A DNA stretch of 63,648 nt, filler included, from Choristocarpus tenellus KU-1152 (lineage: Eukaryota > Protista > Phaeophyceae): the NCBI GenBank assembly GCA_964200185.2. It is 12 parts of 12 records of this genome, joined end to end, with 100 filler letters (N's around TTAATTAATTAA, not from the genome) between each part and the next. Parts side by side here need not be neighbours in the genome. Positions count along the whole stretch, not along the records: positions 10,315 to 15,656 come from CAXNAD020011089.1; positions 15,757 to 22,265 come from CAXNAD020007980.1; positions 22,366 to 25,076 come from CAXNAD020025412.1; 9 more parts are not named here. The stretch is one strand, 5' to 3'. The position numbers and the translations under genes are program-made. The stretch's first letter is position 1, and each line of letters begins with the position of its first letter. Below the pieces are notes generated by a model. That model was not told where the DNA came from. It searched no databases and saw only the letters and a program-made list of their open reading frames with translations. Below are positions 11,008 to 24,334 of the stretch, in pieces.

Positions 11008-14000
11008 CTTGACAGGGATTCCCTTGCAGAACTCCACTCGAAGCTCCTCACATGTGTTCGGCGCCTGCAACGGGTTTGCCAAGTGCAATTTGATGAGAAC
11101 CCCAACAAACCTTCCTACAAACAGACCCTTTGTGTATGAAAGGACTCACGCATGCCCCAACAAAAATGCAGCCATACATACACAAGTGTGTGCGTGTGTG
11201 TGTGTTCATGTCAACTCTTTACTCTGTGAAGCACAGGCAGGTGATCAAGAGATACAACACACACTGCATAAAACAACACGAAAAGGAAGGCTTATGAGCC
11301 ATAGTAGACAGTACTGGAAGCTTCAATAATCAAGACCCCACAGTCAGTTACAGAATAGACAAAAAAAATTATAATTAACTAACTCAAATCAAGTACTTTG
11401 TACCAACAAGCGCGCATGACAACTACACACACAAATAAATAAATAAAACAAGTCAAGGAAAAAAGAAAAAAAAAAGATGGGAATTTCAAGCACGTGTGTC
11501 TTGGGTGATATATGTGTACAGACAGATATAGATAGATACCTTTTTGGGGTCGGAATGGATGATAAGACCACAACGAACAACACAAGTCCACAATCACCAG
11601 CCGCAAAAAAGACTGCGGGCATCTTGGGTGGGGGTCAAATCAATATTCAAGCAACAGCGCACGAATCACTCCTTCAGAGTTGTGCAGGGGTGGGGGGGAA
11701 GCAATCTGCAACAACAAAAAACCAACATAGCACCTCCTGCGGAGAGACCGTCATCTTGAACATCTCTGCAGGTGGGGACACCATGGGGTCCTCTAGCATC
11801 CCGCTTTCGTAGGAGGTGTGGTAAAGGTTCTCATCGATGGAGTACGACGCCTGCAAAAAAAATAATAATAAAGAAAAATAATACGTTTGTAAACAGAAGA
11901 GGTTGACCCGTTGATGAAAGGAAATGCATTGTTGAAGGGGACGGCCATTCAAGTCACGAGCACTTTCTTCAAAATACCCCTTGGTGTATCTCCAAGGCAG
12001 TTACAATGAAGCCTCACGCTGCAGTCTCTTCAACAAGAGCAGTCAGTACAGACAAAGACAAAGACAAACACAGCCGGCGGTGGAAACAACGGTTCAACTC
12101 AGAAAAAAAAAAACTCTAGAGCAGAAAAGACCAAAGCATATCGCTGCTGACATTTATCATCACAGATCAAACCAACTCGGCACATTTGTTGTTGCACAAC
12201 CAAAAAGCATACACAATCATTGTAACACATACAAAAAAATAAATAAATAAAAAAACTAACTCGAAATACCCTGTACAAAACAAGCCATTGCTACAAACAC
12301 AGCAAGTCTCTGGTAATCACATGGACAGGAAGAACCGACCTTGGGGGTAGAAGACACAGGGATGTTGTGTTTTGCCGCATATTCAAGGAGGTCTCCACGG
12401 CCCTGCCATTTCATGGATAGCACACAACAAGCGCACAGAAACGGAAAAACAATCAAAAACAATCAATGGGGAGGGAGAATGGGCGCAGGGGATGGGACAG
12501 TACACGATAAGGGAATGAGATAGATGTTGGCTTAACTAACCATACATCATCACCACTGTTGTAGTAGGACACAGATCATTGTATGCCGCACCTGAGGACC
12601 TCCACACGCCAGCTGGGGAATGTTTCTTGAGAACAATTCATCAAAAATCCTTAACTCCAGATTACTCAGAGGACATAAAGCACGAGCATACTTCCCTGCG
12701 CCCTAGTAGACGCTTTCTACGTTAAGCTCAGAGCAGGTAGGGTCTTGTCCTACCACACACCACAGCAGCTTAGTGGGGTTAGGGCTTCGTCTCATGAGGA
12801 GACAAACTCCACAAAAAAAAAACAATTATGCACGAAACATGATTAATGGGAGTCAAACATACATACACTAGTGCATCACACTGCTCTTACAACTCTTGAA
12901 AAAAATTACATCCAAATTTTCTAAAGAAGAGGAACCACCAAAAACCCAGATCCAGTGCATAAGTCCACCCCTCGAACTCACCTTGAACCGCTCCAGGAAC
13001 TCTGGGTCCCGCCATGGAGCAATCGTGGTGATGCTGGCATCCAGTGCCTGAGCACACATCTCAAAGCGTACCTACAGTTTGGCAACAGTATTGAACCAAT
13101 AGGGATAGTAGGGATACGAGGGGAAAAACAAAGGGGTTGGGGTTAGGGTTAGGGTTGGGGGGGGGGCAAAGTGGATTTTTTTTCAAGTACTTTTTGCAAT
13201 CACATACTTAAAAAAAAAAAAATTGTAAGTACACCTCGCCTGGAAGAGTTCTCAATTGATGCTCGTGACTCAGTTGGATGTGTCACTCCAAAGGTTGAAA
13301 CACGAGTCTTTCCCTCTCGTTCAAACCAATCCCACAATCACAAGGAAGGTACCTCCGTTTGTGCTAGGGATCACCAGGCTCCCCCCACACAGAACACAAC
13401 TATACTCACGACCTACATCAAAATAACTCAGAAGACTCTTCTTCTACCAAAAGAGGCATCAAGTGCCTCCCTCTGGAAGCACGGGACCCCAAGAGCACAC
13501 CTACAGACAAGCAGAGATTTTTTTTTTCACTGCAAGAACAAATTGACTGCAATGCATTCGGCCCTATACTTCTAAGGATAGTGTTACAAGTGCCAACTAC
13601 TTGGCAAAAGACTACCCGTTGGCCATCACTGTTTTTCTAGCACGATCTTTGCAATGATACAGGAGCAGTGCCCAAAATCTCCAGTCTGCAAGCATTTGCA
13701 CAGTGGCCACAAACTAATATAACAACCCGTGTCTGGGCACAGTAATTCGACTCCATACTTTGTGTGTGTGTGTGTGTGTGTGATGATAACGCCATCCAAG
13801 ACAAGAGCAAGCAATCAGTGATACACAACTATAACAACTGCAGGGTCATGTAGAAGGTCTCAAAGGAAACACCTCAAAAGACAAACAAATTTGTGGATAG
13901 ACCTACACAACTGAGTCTGAACAAAAAAGCACACAAACATCGGAGCAATCAAACAAAGGCCCATTCCGTTGTCAACTTCAAAGGTGCAACGGATTCAAGG

Positions 14001-14838
14001 AACCGCATCAACCCACCCCCCCCCGCCTGGTTGAAAAAAAACAAATGGGATTTTCTCGCCTGGTCATTCCCCTTCCCTGTAGCTCCATGGGAAACAAACT
14101 TGGCACCCTCTTTTTGGGCAATTTCCACCTGCCGCTTGGCAATCACAGGTCGGGCCAGGCTGAGCTCGTTCCATTTGCACAACACCCAAACACACAAGAA
14201 AACCATTTGATATTTAAAACACAGGGTCATCCCCCCATCACGCAGAAATGAGAATCGGGGCACCAGGGGGTGCAAGGAGGAGGGTTATAGATGTAGAAGG
14301 GCAGGCAGGGAGGGCATGGAGGAGCAAGGCGAGACATAAAGGAAAACAGCAGACAAAGGGAAGGAGGTGCACTGGCAGCAACGGCAGGCCTTGCATATGC
14401 TGAAGAGAAGAGGAGTAAAGGGCTTAGAAGGGACAAACGACATGGGGTCCATCCAATGACATAGGTCTCTAAAAGTAGAGCGGGGAGAGGTCGCTCTAAA
14501 AGAGATAACATAGAGCGATCAGTGAGCGCACTCAGCGTGGAAAAGCACTCGCTGGAGATAAAGAGCACCTAGGGGCAACAACCCACCCCGGCGCAGAAGC
14601 AGACCGTTCCCGAAAAATCCTTACCAGGTCGTCGGAGGTTCAAGTATCCACAAGTATCCACAAGTATCCACAAGTGTGCAGGAAAACAACTATCCCTTCC
14701 GTTCAGTAAGTGTACCCCTTACCTGTCTGTTCCTCACCTGGTTCCGAGAAGGTAGGTGCCTTCGTATATGGCGTTGGCCTTGACCCCCTCAAAAACAAAA
14801 TCAGTAACAAACTCGCGGCGCAGATCTTCGACGTATAC
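11008..14838 (-). CDS. ASS1: Argininosuccinate synthase (internal part, 6 exons)
   Basis: Phase-consistent exons 14838-14738 ([33 protein letters not shown]), 14159-14060 ([34 protein letters not shown]; GC donor), 13071-12982 ([24 protein letters not shown]), 12402-12340 ([16 protein letters not shown]), 11850-11734 ([22 protein letters not shown]), 11064-11008 ([19 protein letters not shown]). Contains the [14 protein letters not shown] and YSIDENL..SYE signatures. Confidence 0.96.
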
Positions 14839-15656
14839 CTGCACACAGACACAGACACAGACACAGACACACCAATAAAAAAAAAGAAGAGGGGAGACAA
14901 AAAAATATAGTAATATTTGTCACGAGACGTTGTTGTCGGCAATGTCATTTTCACATATATTTTTCTTCTTCTTCTTCTCCGGGAGTGGTGTTCAGCTACA
15001 TTGAAGGCGTGCAAGGCGGGAAAAATGCAATAGTTTGACTATGATGCACATGCATTGCTTCGTGGGCGGGGGGCATCTCTGTGAATTGGGTCAGGGTTAG
15101 GGAGGCATTGGGGTGCAAGAGCAGGCAGCAGAGATGGACTCCACAGATAATATTTTTTGAAAGTAGAAAACACGCGGTTCTAGAGATCTGAAAGGAGAAC
15201 AACTAAACAACATGGACCTACCAAACAAGAGGGAAAAAATATAATGCATTCTGGGCCGGAAAAACAGGGCTCTGGGTGCAGGGTAAGACATTATTTCCAT
15301 GTGTTCAAATAGAAACCTTACTATGAAAAAGATGAAGTTAGTGCAAGATGTGCAAGGGTGGGTGGAGTATGCAATCAATCGGGTAATAGGTTGCAGTCTA
15401 AACAACATTTAGGTATACTGGCTGTAGATCCTATATTCTGTGGGACAAAACTTGGATATTTCACAGAACGAATCTCCTCCTGCGTCAAGGGGATGTGCTT
15501 TGCTCGTTAAAAAAAAAAAGCGATCTACAACAACGCTTACTGCATCCAACTATAGTATGATATTGTGCCCGTGGGGAGGGTATGCATGCAAGCCGAGGAT
15601 GGCATGGATGAGAAGGGGAGGGGGGGGGGGGGGGGGATTTAGACCTTGGAAGGACC

Positions 15657-15756
15657 NNNNNNNNNNNNNNNNNNNNNNNNNNNNNNNNNNNNNNNNNNNN
15701 TTAATTAATTAANNNNNNNNNNNNNNNNNNNNNNNNNNNNNNNNNNNNNNNNNNNN
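15657..15756. other. Artificial contig linker
   Basis: N44-TTAATTAATTAA-N44. Confidence 0.98.
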
Positions 15757-16723
15757 CCAGTCAATTTTGGGTCAAGCCCATCCTCAATGAAAAGCTCCAT
15801 CCTCAAATTTTGAAATCGACTGTTATTGGGGCTGAAAAAGTAATGTTACATTTAATTCCGAACGAAGGAAGTACTCCAGAGCACAAAGTAAAAAACACCA
15901 TTAATGATAGATCACAAAAAAATTAGTGGATAGGTGTTGAGTTCTAAGTGTGTTTATATACCTAAACACATTGAAGGTTCAGACAACAAGAATACATGAT
16001 GGTTGACAATATTGAAAAACTGTTAACACAAAAACAAAGATGCACACAGAGGCACAAGAACAACTAATGATGCATTCAGCATTATTGTGCGTTATGTGTT
16101 ATACTTCAGCATGACCTGTACATTAAACCCGACATGGCCAACGAGGTTCCTACCAGTCAGTCAAAATACATACCACTTTAAACACGAGTGCTTCAGAGTG
16201 GTACCAGCACCGTGTCTGTACCATGATCATCATCAGTCATCACCAGAGCAATGCTAGCCACCTCATGGCATGCGCAACGTAATGACAAGGTATGTGCTTG
16301 TCAGATCATTCTGGAAAAAGGAAGCCACAACAATAGCAACTAGAGAAGCCACATACATGAGTGAACAGAGAGAGGTGCCCATGAAGTGTCTGTACCTTGG
16401 TGTCCTTTTTCTGAGAAAAAAATAACAACCGACTCTACGCTAGTATTAAACACATGTGACAGATTCTCCTTGCTTGCCCACGAGTGGACCACAAATATCG
16501 CAGTAACCCAAGCGGTACCACACATACGTACATGGGTGAGAAGAGATATGGACCCACCCCAGTTCGTGCAGAGCTCCAATCAAGCATGGCACCCAATTTC
16601 TCATGGTGAGTGTATTGTAGTATATAGGTCATCAACAAGAGCACATTATGTGTAACCTGTTGATGACTAAAAGCAAGCAAAGATAAATCAAGAGACGCAA
16701 TTAGCTATTTGGCCTTAAAGAGG

Positions 16724-19700
16724 CTATGGCATAATATTGTCGAACAAGGACAATCCTCCCCCTTCCTTGACCTCCTTGTTTGTGTGCATCATTTCAACTG
16801 GGGATCTGAAACAGTCATCCTCCCCCCCTTCCCCACAATCTTCTTCAGACACCCCCCAAAGGTCTTCAAACTCACTCTTTGTTGCTCTCTGTCTAGAATC
16901 TTTTGTCGAGTCTACAGGTGACCTATCAACACAAGGTGCACATCCCTCTTCCATCTTTCCCCCACCCCCTGTCACCCCAAGCTCTCTTTGTGTGAAGACG
17001 TTGCTATCCAATGTCGGAACACTGGATACACCCTCTACATCACATGGGGTCCCATACTGCCTGTTTTTCTCATCAAGACTGATTTCCAACACTGCCCCCT
17101 CTCTTGTCACGGTGACTGCATTTTCACCTGCACCTGAGGCAGGACCCCCATCATTCACAATTGTAGTCTTTACTGTGGGAACAGCAATGGCAACTGGGGT
17201 GGGGGTTGAGTTTGACACCGAACCTACACTGGTTGTTGATAACTCCTCAGCAGCCTTTTCCGCTAGGCGGTCCCGCTTTGTGCGGATACGCAAAGCACGT
17301 TCCTTGGGCTTGAAGCTGTGGCTTCGGCTGGCAGTAGCTGGAGTCATCCCCCACCCCCCTCCAACTACCTTGTTATCCCATGCATTGTTCCCCCAGGTCT
17401 GGTTTGATGTCTTCCAGGCTGCACCACCTCCACTATACCAGCTATTACCTACCCCATCCCCACCTGTCCCACCTCCATCCCCCCCTTTCCCTCCTTCTCT
17501 TCCCACTCTGTCTCCTTGCAGTGCCCTGGTCACTGAGGCCTTGGCAACAGGGGTAAGCTGCAAGGCTGGCTGCAAAACATCCTGCAATAGCAGCAAGTCC
17601 CCATCTGCCAATTGCCAAAGGCGGTCAGAAACGAGCTCGTCCTTTCCTTGTAGATCTTCCCAGCGACAGGCCCCCATTCCCACTCTTCCACTTTTGTCCA
17701 CCCCGTTGCCCCATTTGTATTGACTTGCCCTAACACCACTGGCACCAACACTTTGTTTACCTTCAGCTTCATCAAAGTCAGCCACCAGGTCGCCCAGGCG
17801 CAAGGTCTGATGAGGTCCACATCTGTGAACACGAAGATTGTCTGGGTCCACTCCAACCTTTCCAGCAAGTTAGACCAGTGGCGGCAGAGCAAGGAGTAAA
17901 GAGAATGATAGGGGGTTCTGGTGGGTCTATGTGCAGTCCTTATCTGTCTGCTTCTCTATTTGAAAAATAATTGCTACACTCCTGTTCCCACCACTGACGC
18001 CCTTTCACAGTAAGCAACTGACCTTTCCATATATACCTATGAGAGAATATGGCATGGTGGATTAATTCAAACCCTTAAACATTTAAAGTACAGATGGAAC
18101 CACTTCCGCCCTTAGATTGCCTCACCAACCAACGATGTTTTCCTTGGCAAAGCGTCGACTTCCTTTCTCATTGGCAAGTTTGCCGGCTAACCCACCCCTA
18201 TTCCACTCCTTTTTAAACAAGGAAATAGTGTTTGGAACTAGCGTCTTGAGAAGTCAAGGGTGTCAAAACTTGGGTTGAATTTCCTGGCAAGCTCTGGTGG
18301 ACCAACAAGTGTTCCTTTCTGGGCCTATAAAGGTGGTTGCAGCATGTATTCTTATGTTTTTCTTTCAACACTGCCTAATGCCAAGGGAAGATGCATGTGT
18401 TAACCAGTCTCTAGTATCAATGGGAAACTACATCAATATTGTGTATGCTGTACTGAGCTACACACATGTTCCTCACAAAAGGAACTCTGTACAAGCACTC
18501 CAGGGTACTCAAGAGTGCTATAAAAGCACAGAAGGGGGAGTCGAGCATGAAGGAAAGGAACGGAGAGCATTCCAGGTGCAACAAAAAATCGATGGCCACT
18601 TCTACTGTCCAATCTATTGAAGACTCAAAAATAGGAGTATGATAAAGAGAGTAAAAACACTAAAAAAAACACCACTATAATCACAGCACCAATTTAAACT
18701 CTTTCTTGACCAAATCAGTTCAAGTCAAACATGTATGTAACCGGATGGCATGTATTCCACTCTTCACACTTCCTGCTCTGTACCTGTCACCATCCATCCA
18801 TTCAAACATCTCTGACCTGACCTCTAACCTATCTTTATACAAACTCACCTGGCCTGCAAAACGTGCCCTCGCCTCCTCCACAGTCTCATCAAGCCTTATC
18901 CAGCCCTCATATCTGGAAGAAAGTTCCCAGGTAGAGCGATTCCACCACTGCAAAACAACAACATGTGCAGTCAGTGGAATCTCCTCTTCCAGGTGCTCCT
19001 CCCATTCCATGACCTGGACTGTCATTGTTCGTGGCAGGTTTGTTGGATGAACTGCTGTCAACCTCCGTCCCACCCAGGACTGCTCTCCTCCTCCCCCACT
19101 CCCACAGACTTTCCCGCCAGGGCTGTCCTTGAGAATTCCTGCTGAGCGGTTCCCTATCTCCCTGAGCCTCAGGTGAGCCGGGGTTAATGCTGTCACACCT
19201 ATCTTAACCTCATTCTTGCACTTATCCTCACATGACTTCAGGTTCATCGGATAAGAAAGAAGACCACGTGCTCCCATCTCCGCAAAGACCGCTGCACGGA
19301 TTATTTCCATTGTGCTATGCTTTGGCACGACCACCGTGAATGGCTCTCCCCACTGGCATGGTTGCTGGACTGACCCAGTCAACGCCAGAGCCAGACCTGC
19401 CAATTGCTCTTTCTCGTCCACCTCTCCCCTTCCCCTCACCCCTGCCCCCTTCCCCTGAGTGAATTCAGGACCTGCCACTGTTTCTGCACCTGTGACAGCT
19501 TCATTCCCATTCCTGTTACAGCCATCCCCTTCCCTTCTGCTTTGCCCATCAACTGTTGTAACTGTAGTAGTGGCAACTGCTTGTCCTACCACTGCCATCA
19601 GCCCTGCTGCTGTAGCAGTAGCCACCATTGCTGTTGTTGCTACAGAAACTGCCCCACCATCAGGAAGTACTACAAGTGCTGTAGACGCCTCTTTTTTTAC

Positions 19701-22160
19701 CTCACCCTCATCTCCAACAGCACTGCCCTTTTCCAAGGCTTCTGCTTCCAACTTGGCAGTCGATAATGTCGACAACAGTGAAACAGTTTTCTTTTCACCT
19801 GTTGGCCATAGCCACTCGCCTGAGCCTTTTCTTTCCCCCCCATCACTGTTTAAGGTGGCAACTGTAGTAGTGACAGGACCTTGACAGAGGTCACCAATAG
19901 TAGTCCCATCAACTGCAGTGGGAGATACATCTAATTTCCCCTTCTCCTCCTTCCCCTCATCTACACCCTTGCCTTCCACCTCTCTCACCTCCTTGGTTGC
20001 TGCAGTCGCAACTGCTACCACACTCATATCCTGTGTTGTTCCATAGCCAAAGAGTTTGTCTCCAGGTGTGTCCAGACTTTCCCCCACAGACACATCTCTA
20101 CTATTCACCACTCCTGCACTAATCACCTGATCGCCCTGCCTGTACTCAACACTTTTGACACCTTCCTCCTCTCCTAACCCTTTGCCAAGCTTAACGTCAT
20201 CCTTGCTCCCCAAGCTTTCCAATACCTTATCACAGGAAATCTCTGCACTACCTTCCACAGTGGCTGACACACTATCCCGATCTCTTCCCTCACTTTCGTT
20301 CATGTCTCCCATTTTGACTGCTGTTATGCTTAGCATATCTAGCACACTTTGCGGTGGACTCCGGAGCCCTGGACTGAACCCTGTGTCACAAGGGTAAACA
20401 GTTACAGCTTCCTCACCTCGCTCTAGTGGCCGACCAAGGGACAAGTGTAATGACATATGAGAAAAGAACCCTAGGCTTTGAAGGGTCTCTTCTCCTCCCC
20501 CTGCCCCCCCAGAGTGCACATCCCCTCCCCCCTGACAATGCAAACCTCCCCCAATTTCTGCTCCTCCACTGCTGTTTTTCTTGACTCGGAACCCTTGAGG
20601 ATCGAGCCTCAGGACCTTGGCCAGGGTCTCCCGGAATTGGATCACTGTCCAGCGCTTATCTGCTACTACTGTATCAGGGCATTGTGTCATCTTGCCACTG
20701 CTGAAGAGTCGAAGAATGATCCTTTGGAACATTCACATGAAGAGAGGTTGAGGAGGAAGGAAATTGGGAGGGGACAAAGGGGGGATGGGTTTGTGGATTA
20801 TCATGCAGGGGATATTTGCTAAGTACTTTAGAGGGGGCAAGGGAAAAGTGACACGGGGCAGGGAGGAAGATGTTGATTACTTGAGAAGGAGAACAGTGCA
20901 CTCAGACTTGAAAGGGTATAGCTGAGTTCCGCCAAAAAGAATTTGATATATATAATTGACTGGCATGCTCGTTGACTAAACGTACGGTTGATGGACCAAC
21001 CACATACAAAATGACATTCAGTACATGAGAGTCGGACGGCCTACTAGACAGCACCTCCCCCTGTCGGGGAGTCTTTTTTGGGGGAAGAGCTTTTCATTCT
21101 GCTTCAATTTCTCTTAAGAGTGGGTCCTAAGAATACCAATTGGGAGACTAGCAGAAGGAATAATTTCAATTTTAGCTGGGGAAGTGGCATACCACATGTT
21201 CCCTATGAGCTTTGTATAGCGTATGTGCATGATTGCACACTAGAGAGTGCATAAAAAGAGTACTCACTTAGCTGTCATTCCCACATCCAATTTTCAACCT
21301 CAACCAGAATCAATCGAAAATGGAACTAAAAAGACTGGTGCTGATTCAAAATTTCATCTGCAGGCACCATGTTGAATGATGAGATTTATCACCAAAGGGA
21401 TATCCAAATCATTCCTGTCATTGCATATTTCTGTGGGCAACAAACAATACATAATCTAAGTCACAGACCTGTTGATCTGATCCAGGTAAACTCCCACAGC
21501 AGGAGATTCCAGTTCCTCTTCCCCAACAGGCACCTCCTCCACATACAAACGGTGGGTGTTCTTCTCCCCTAAGCATGCCACATCATCCTCTGATGGCAAT
21601 ATTGCCACACCACTCAACCACGAGTCTGGATCACATTTGTCCCCTTGTTGTGTATCAGAGGACTCCCCAACCTTTGTAACCCGAACCCCTTCAAATTTCT
21701 CAGACTTAGAGACATATCCTCCAGTTAATGCAGTCCCCACCCCATTCTCATTTCTTTCTCCTACTCCACCCTCCTCTCCCTCCCTATGACCATCTTCACA
21801 GGAAGTCGCAGGGAAGTCATTGACTCCCGTCAGCACATCAGCAACACTCACCACTGTCCCGATCCCCTCTTCCCTTTTGACCTCTGACAAGCCTCGCACA
21901 ACAACTGGGGCCCCAGCAAGTCCAGATGCAACAGGGCTTATCTGAGAGGGACAGGGGCAGATGACCTTGAATATGACAGCCCTTCCATTGTCACGGGGAA
22001 TGAGGCTGAACACCCTCGTGCGTTGCTCATCAGTCCCCATACAAGCTGCCAGTTGTGCCCTTGCCTCCCAGACTGTAGCCCCGTAACTGACCCAAGTATG
22101 GCATTCCTCCTCCAGGGTGCCAAGAGGCACTCCTAATGGTTCCAGATTCACTTCTGCCCG
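16724..22160 (-). CDS. C-terminal part of a large USP40/USP47-like ubiquitin-specific protease (UBL-like modules separated by long low-complexity inserts)
   Basis: Three large phase-consistent exons: ~22160-21469, 20700-18849, 17857-16724 (stop). Motifs VADKRWTVIQFRETLAKVL, LRLRE, VVLQWWNRSTWEL, WQLADGDLLLLQD and KERALRI resemble USP47/USP40 C-termini. The catalytic domain is not in this contig. Confidence 0.6.
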
Positions 22161-22265
22161 TATACCTCTCCCCCCCCCCCCCCCCCCCCCCCCCTCCCCC
22201 CCCCTCCCCCCCCCCCTTAATTCTTCTTCCCCCCCTTTTTTTCCCCCCCTTTCCCCCCCCCCCTT

Positions 22266-22365
22266 NNNNNNNNNNNNNNNNNNNNNNNNNNNNNNNNNNN
22301 NNNNNNNNNTTAATTAATTAANNNNNNNNNNNNNNNNNNNNNNNNNNNNNNNNNNNNNNNNNNNN
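22266..22365. other. Artificial contig linker
   Basis: N44-TTAATTAATTAA-N44. Confidence 0.98.
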
Positions 22366-24334
22366 CCCCCATACCGAGGTCCCCCTTCTCTTCATCGTCC
22401 TCATCGTCCTCGTCCTCCTTCTGCCCCTCCTCATCCCCCTCCTCCTCTTCATCTTCCTCCTCGTCCTCCTCCTTGTCGTCGTCGGTGTTATCCTCCTCTT
22501 TGTCCCCATTCTCCCCCCCCCCTCTCCTCTCCTCGTCCCTTGAATATTGTCTTCCGTCCTTTTCCCACAAAACCTCCCCTTTCCCTCGCCTCGATAGCAG
22601 ACCGTAGAACTGTCAACACCTTGCTAGGAATCTTTTTGCCGTTCCCAACAAGTTTGTCGCACGTCCAAACAATACCCCTCACGGGTTCCCAGCTTACGTC
22701 TTTAACCCGCTTCGGTTTCCCAGTTCGCCCGGATCTATCACCAACGTGTATCTAGCCTTCGACAAAACTACTTTTCCCGTACTTTTCAAGGGTCAGAAAC
22801 GCGGTGTTGTCACGTGTGTGGTCACTGATCGGCCGAAACCAGTGAAGATCCACCCCACGCTCCCCATCGTCGCCGACGCGCTCCGCTAGGATCTTGCCAA
22901 CCAAGAGCGGCGCGTCCATTGCCACGAAAAAGGCAAACCTGCCTTCCTGCATGGTGACAAGGTTTTGACTGTTCGCCGATCTCAAGGTAGCACGAGGCCA
23001 ACACCGTCGACAGAAGCCAGCTTCTTCCGTGTAACTGTCTGATGAGGAAGAGTCTGTTTCCTCGAGCCCGCCGAGATCATTGTCACCGCTGACGAGATTA
23101 CCTCTTCTACCCGAATGTTCGCCCTCATCAGTGTCTTCGACATCGCTGGTACCGGTTCCAGCGCCATCATCATTGGTGGGAAGCCAACCTTCCTACACGG
23201 TGACGATGTTTTGACTGTTCGCCGATCTCAAGGTAGCACGAGGCCAACCCCGTCGACGGAAGCCAGCTTCTTCCGTGTAACTGTCCAACGAGGAAGAGTC
23301 TGCTTCCTCGAGCCCGCCGAGATCATTGTCACCGCTGACGAGATTACCTCTTTCACGTGAACGTTCGCCCTCGTTGGTGTCTTCGACGTCGCTGGTACCA
23401 GTTCCAGCGCCATCATTATTGGTGGGAAGTCAATGGACTAGGAGGTCAAACTCTCGTTCCCCTGTCTTTTTGAGAAGCCGCACAGACTCGCTTTGCTCAT
23501 GTTTCGCTCTCTGAACGGCTTCATCGTCTACGAAGGTGGATGGCATGAGCACGAGAATATCAACAGTATGGAAACATGAATGTGACTTTGTAACCAGCCG
23601 TAAGGTTGCACAAAGGCGCTCGGGGAGCATGTAGTGAGAGGGAGGGTGTAGATTTCGTCGGATTCGTCGTTGTTGAGTACAAGACCGGTACCCTCAAAAC
23701 ATTTATCGCCAGTAATCTATAGTACTTGTTTATTGTGACACGCGACGATCACTACGTATGAGAATGGAATATTTTTCTAGGTTGTTTTTGTAAAGGCTGT
23801 AAAGGCTACCTCGTACAGAAGTTGCACCAGATTTTTTTAGCTGCCACCGAATACAAATATTGACCATCAACTCCCCTCACGAAATGTCCGACTTACTCAG
23901 TGGGTACGCAGCAGCAAGGCGCTCGTGCGACGCCTGGTACCGCTGCTCCACCTTCAGGATGACGTCTTCGGGCATGCTCTTGAGCTGGTAGGGAGGTGCA
24001 TCTTGGAGACAAGGCGGACGGCCGATGAAGAGGTCGTGAAGAGGGGCGTTGGGGTCGATAGCAACGTTGGCGCCTATCCCATTCCATGCGGTGCTGTGCA
24101 TGTATTGCTTTACGCTAACCTTAACCCGCCCATCACCACCTTTTTCAACGCAAAAAGCCCTGTAGCTCGTGATGTTGGGAACACGGTTGACACGACCGCG
24201 AAGGAGTCCCTTGAAGTTGCCCTCGTTCCGTAGGGTCTTGCAGTAGACTGGAACCTCCGTGTAAGAGGCCTGCAGCTCTTCACCCAGCTGTGTTCTTGTG
24301 AAGATGTTCTTCCCTTTGATACCACATGCAAACC
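22366..24334 (-). pseudogene. Decayed DNA-transposon transposase, C-terminal part (Sola-like/DUF7869-like), with in-frame stops and an acidic tail
   Basis: Exon ~24333-23880 reads RFACGIKGKNIFTRTQL...NITSYRAFCVEKGGDGRVKVSVKQYMHSTAW. The frame from ~23540 to 22366 is continuous apart from stops (LLVH*LPT, IVTV*EGW, VEG*IHVG). The region is richer in GC and CpG than its neighbours. Confidence 0.45.
22942..23433. repeat. Tandem duplication of 246 bp (82 codons, in frame)
   Basis: GTTCGCCGATCTCAAGG at 22971 and 23217; about 23 mismatches by manual count. Confidence 0.95.

Noticed and set aside
16737-17723. 328-aa plus-strand ORF and similar S/P-rich ORFs at 19404-20397 and 37223-37735
   Set aside because: Antisense shadows of real exons on the opposite strand
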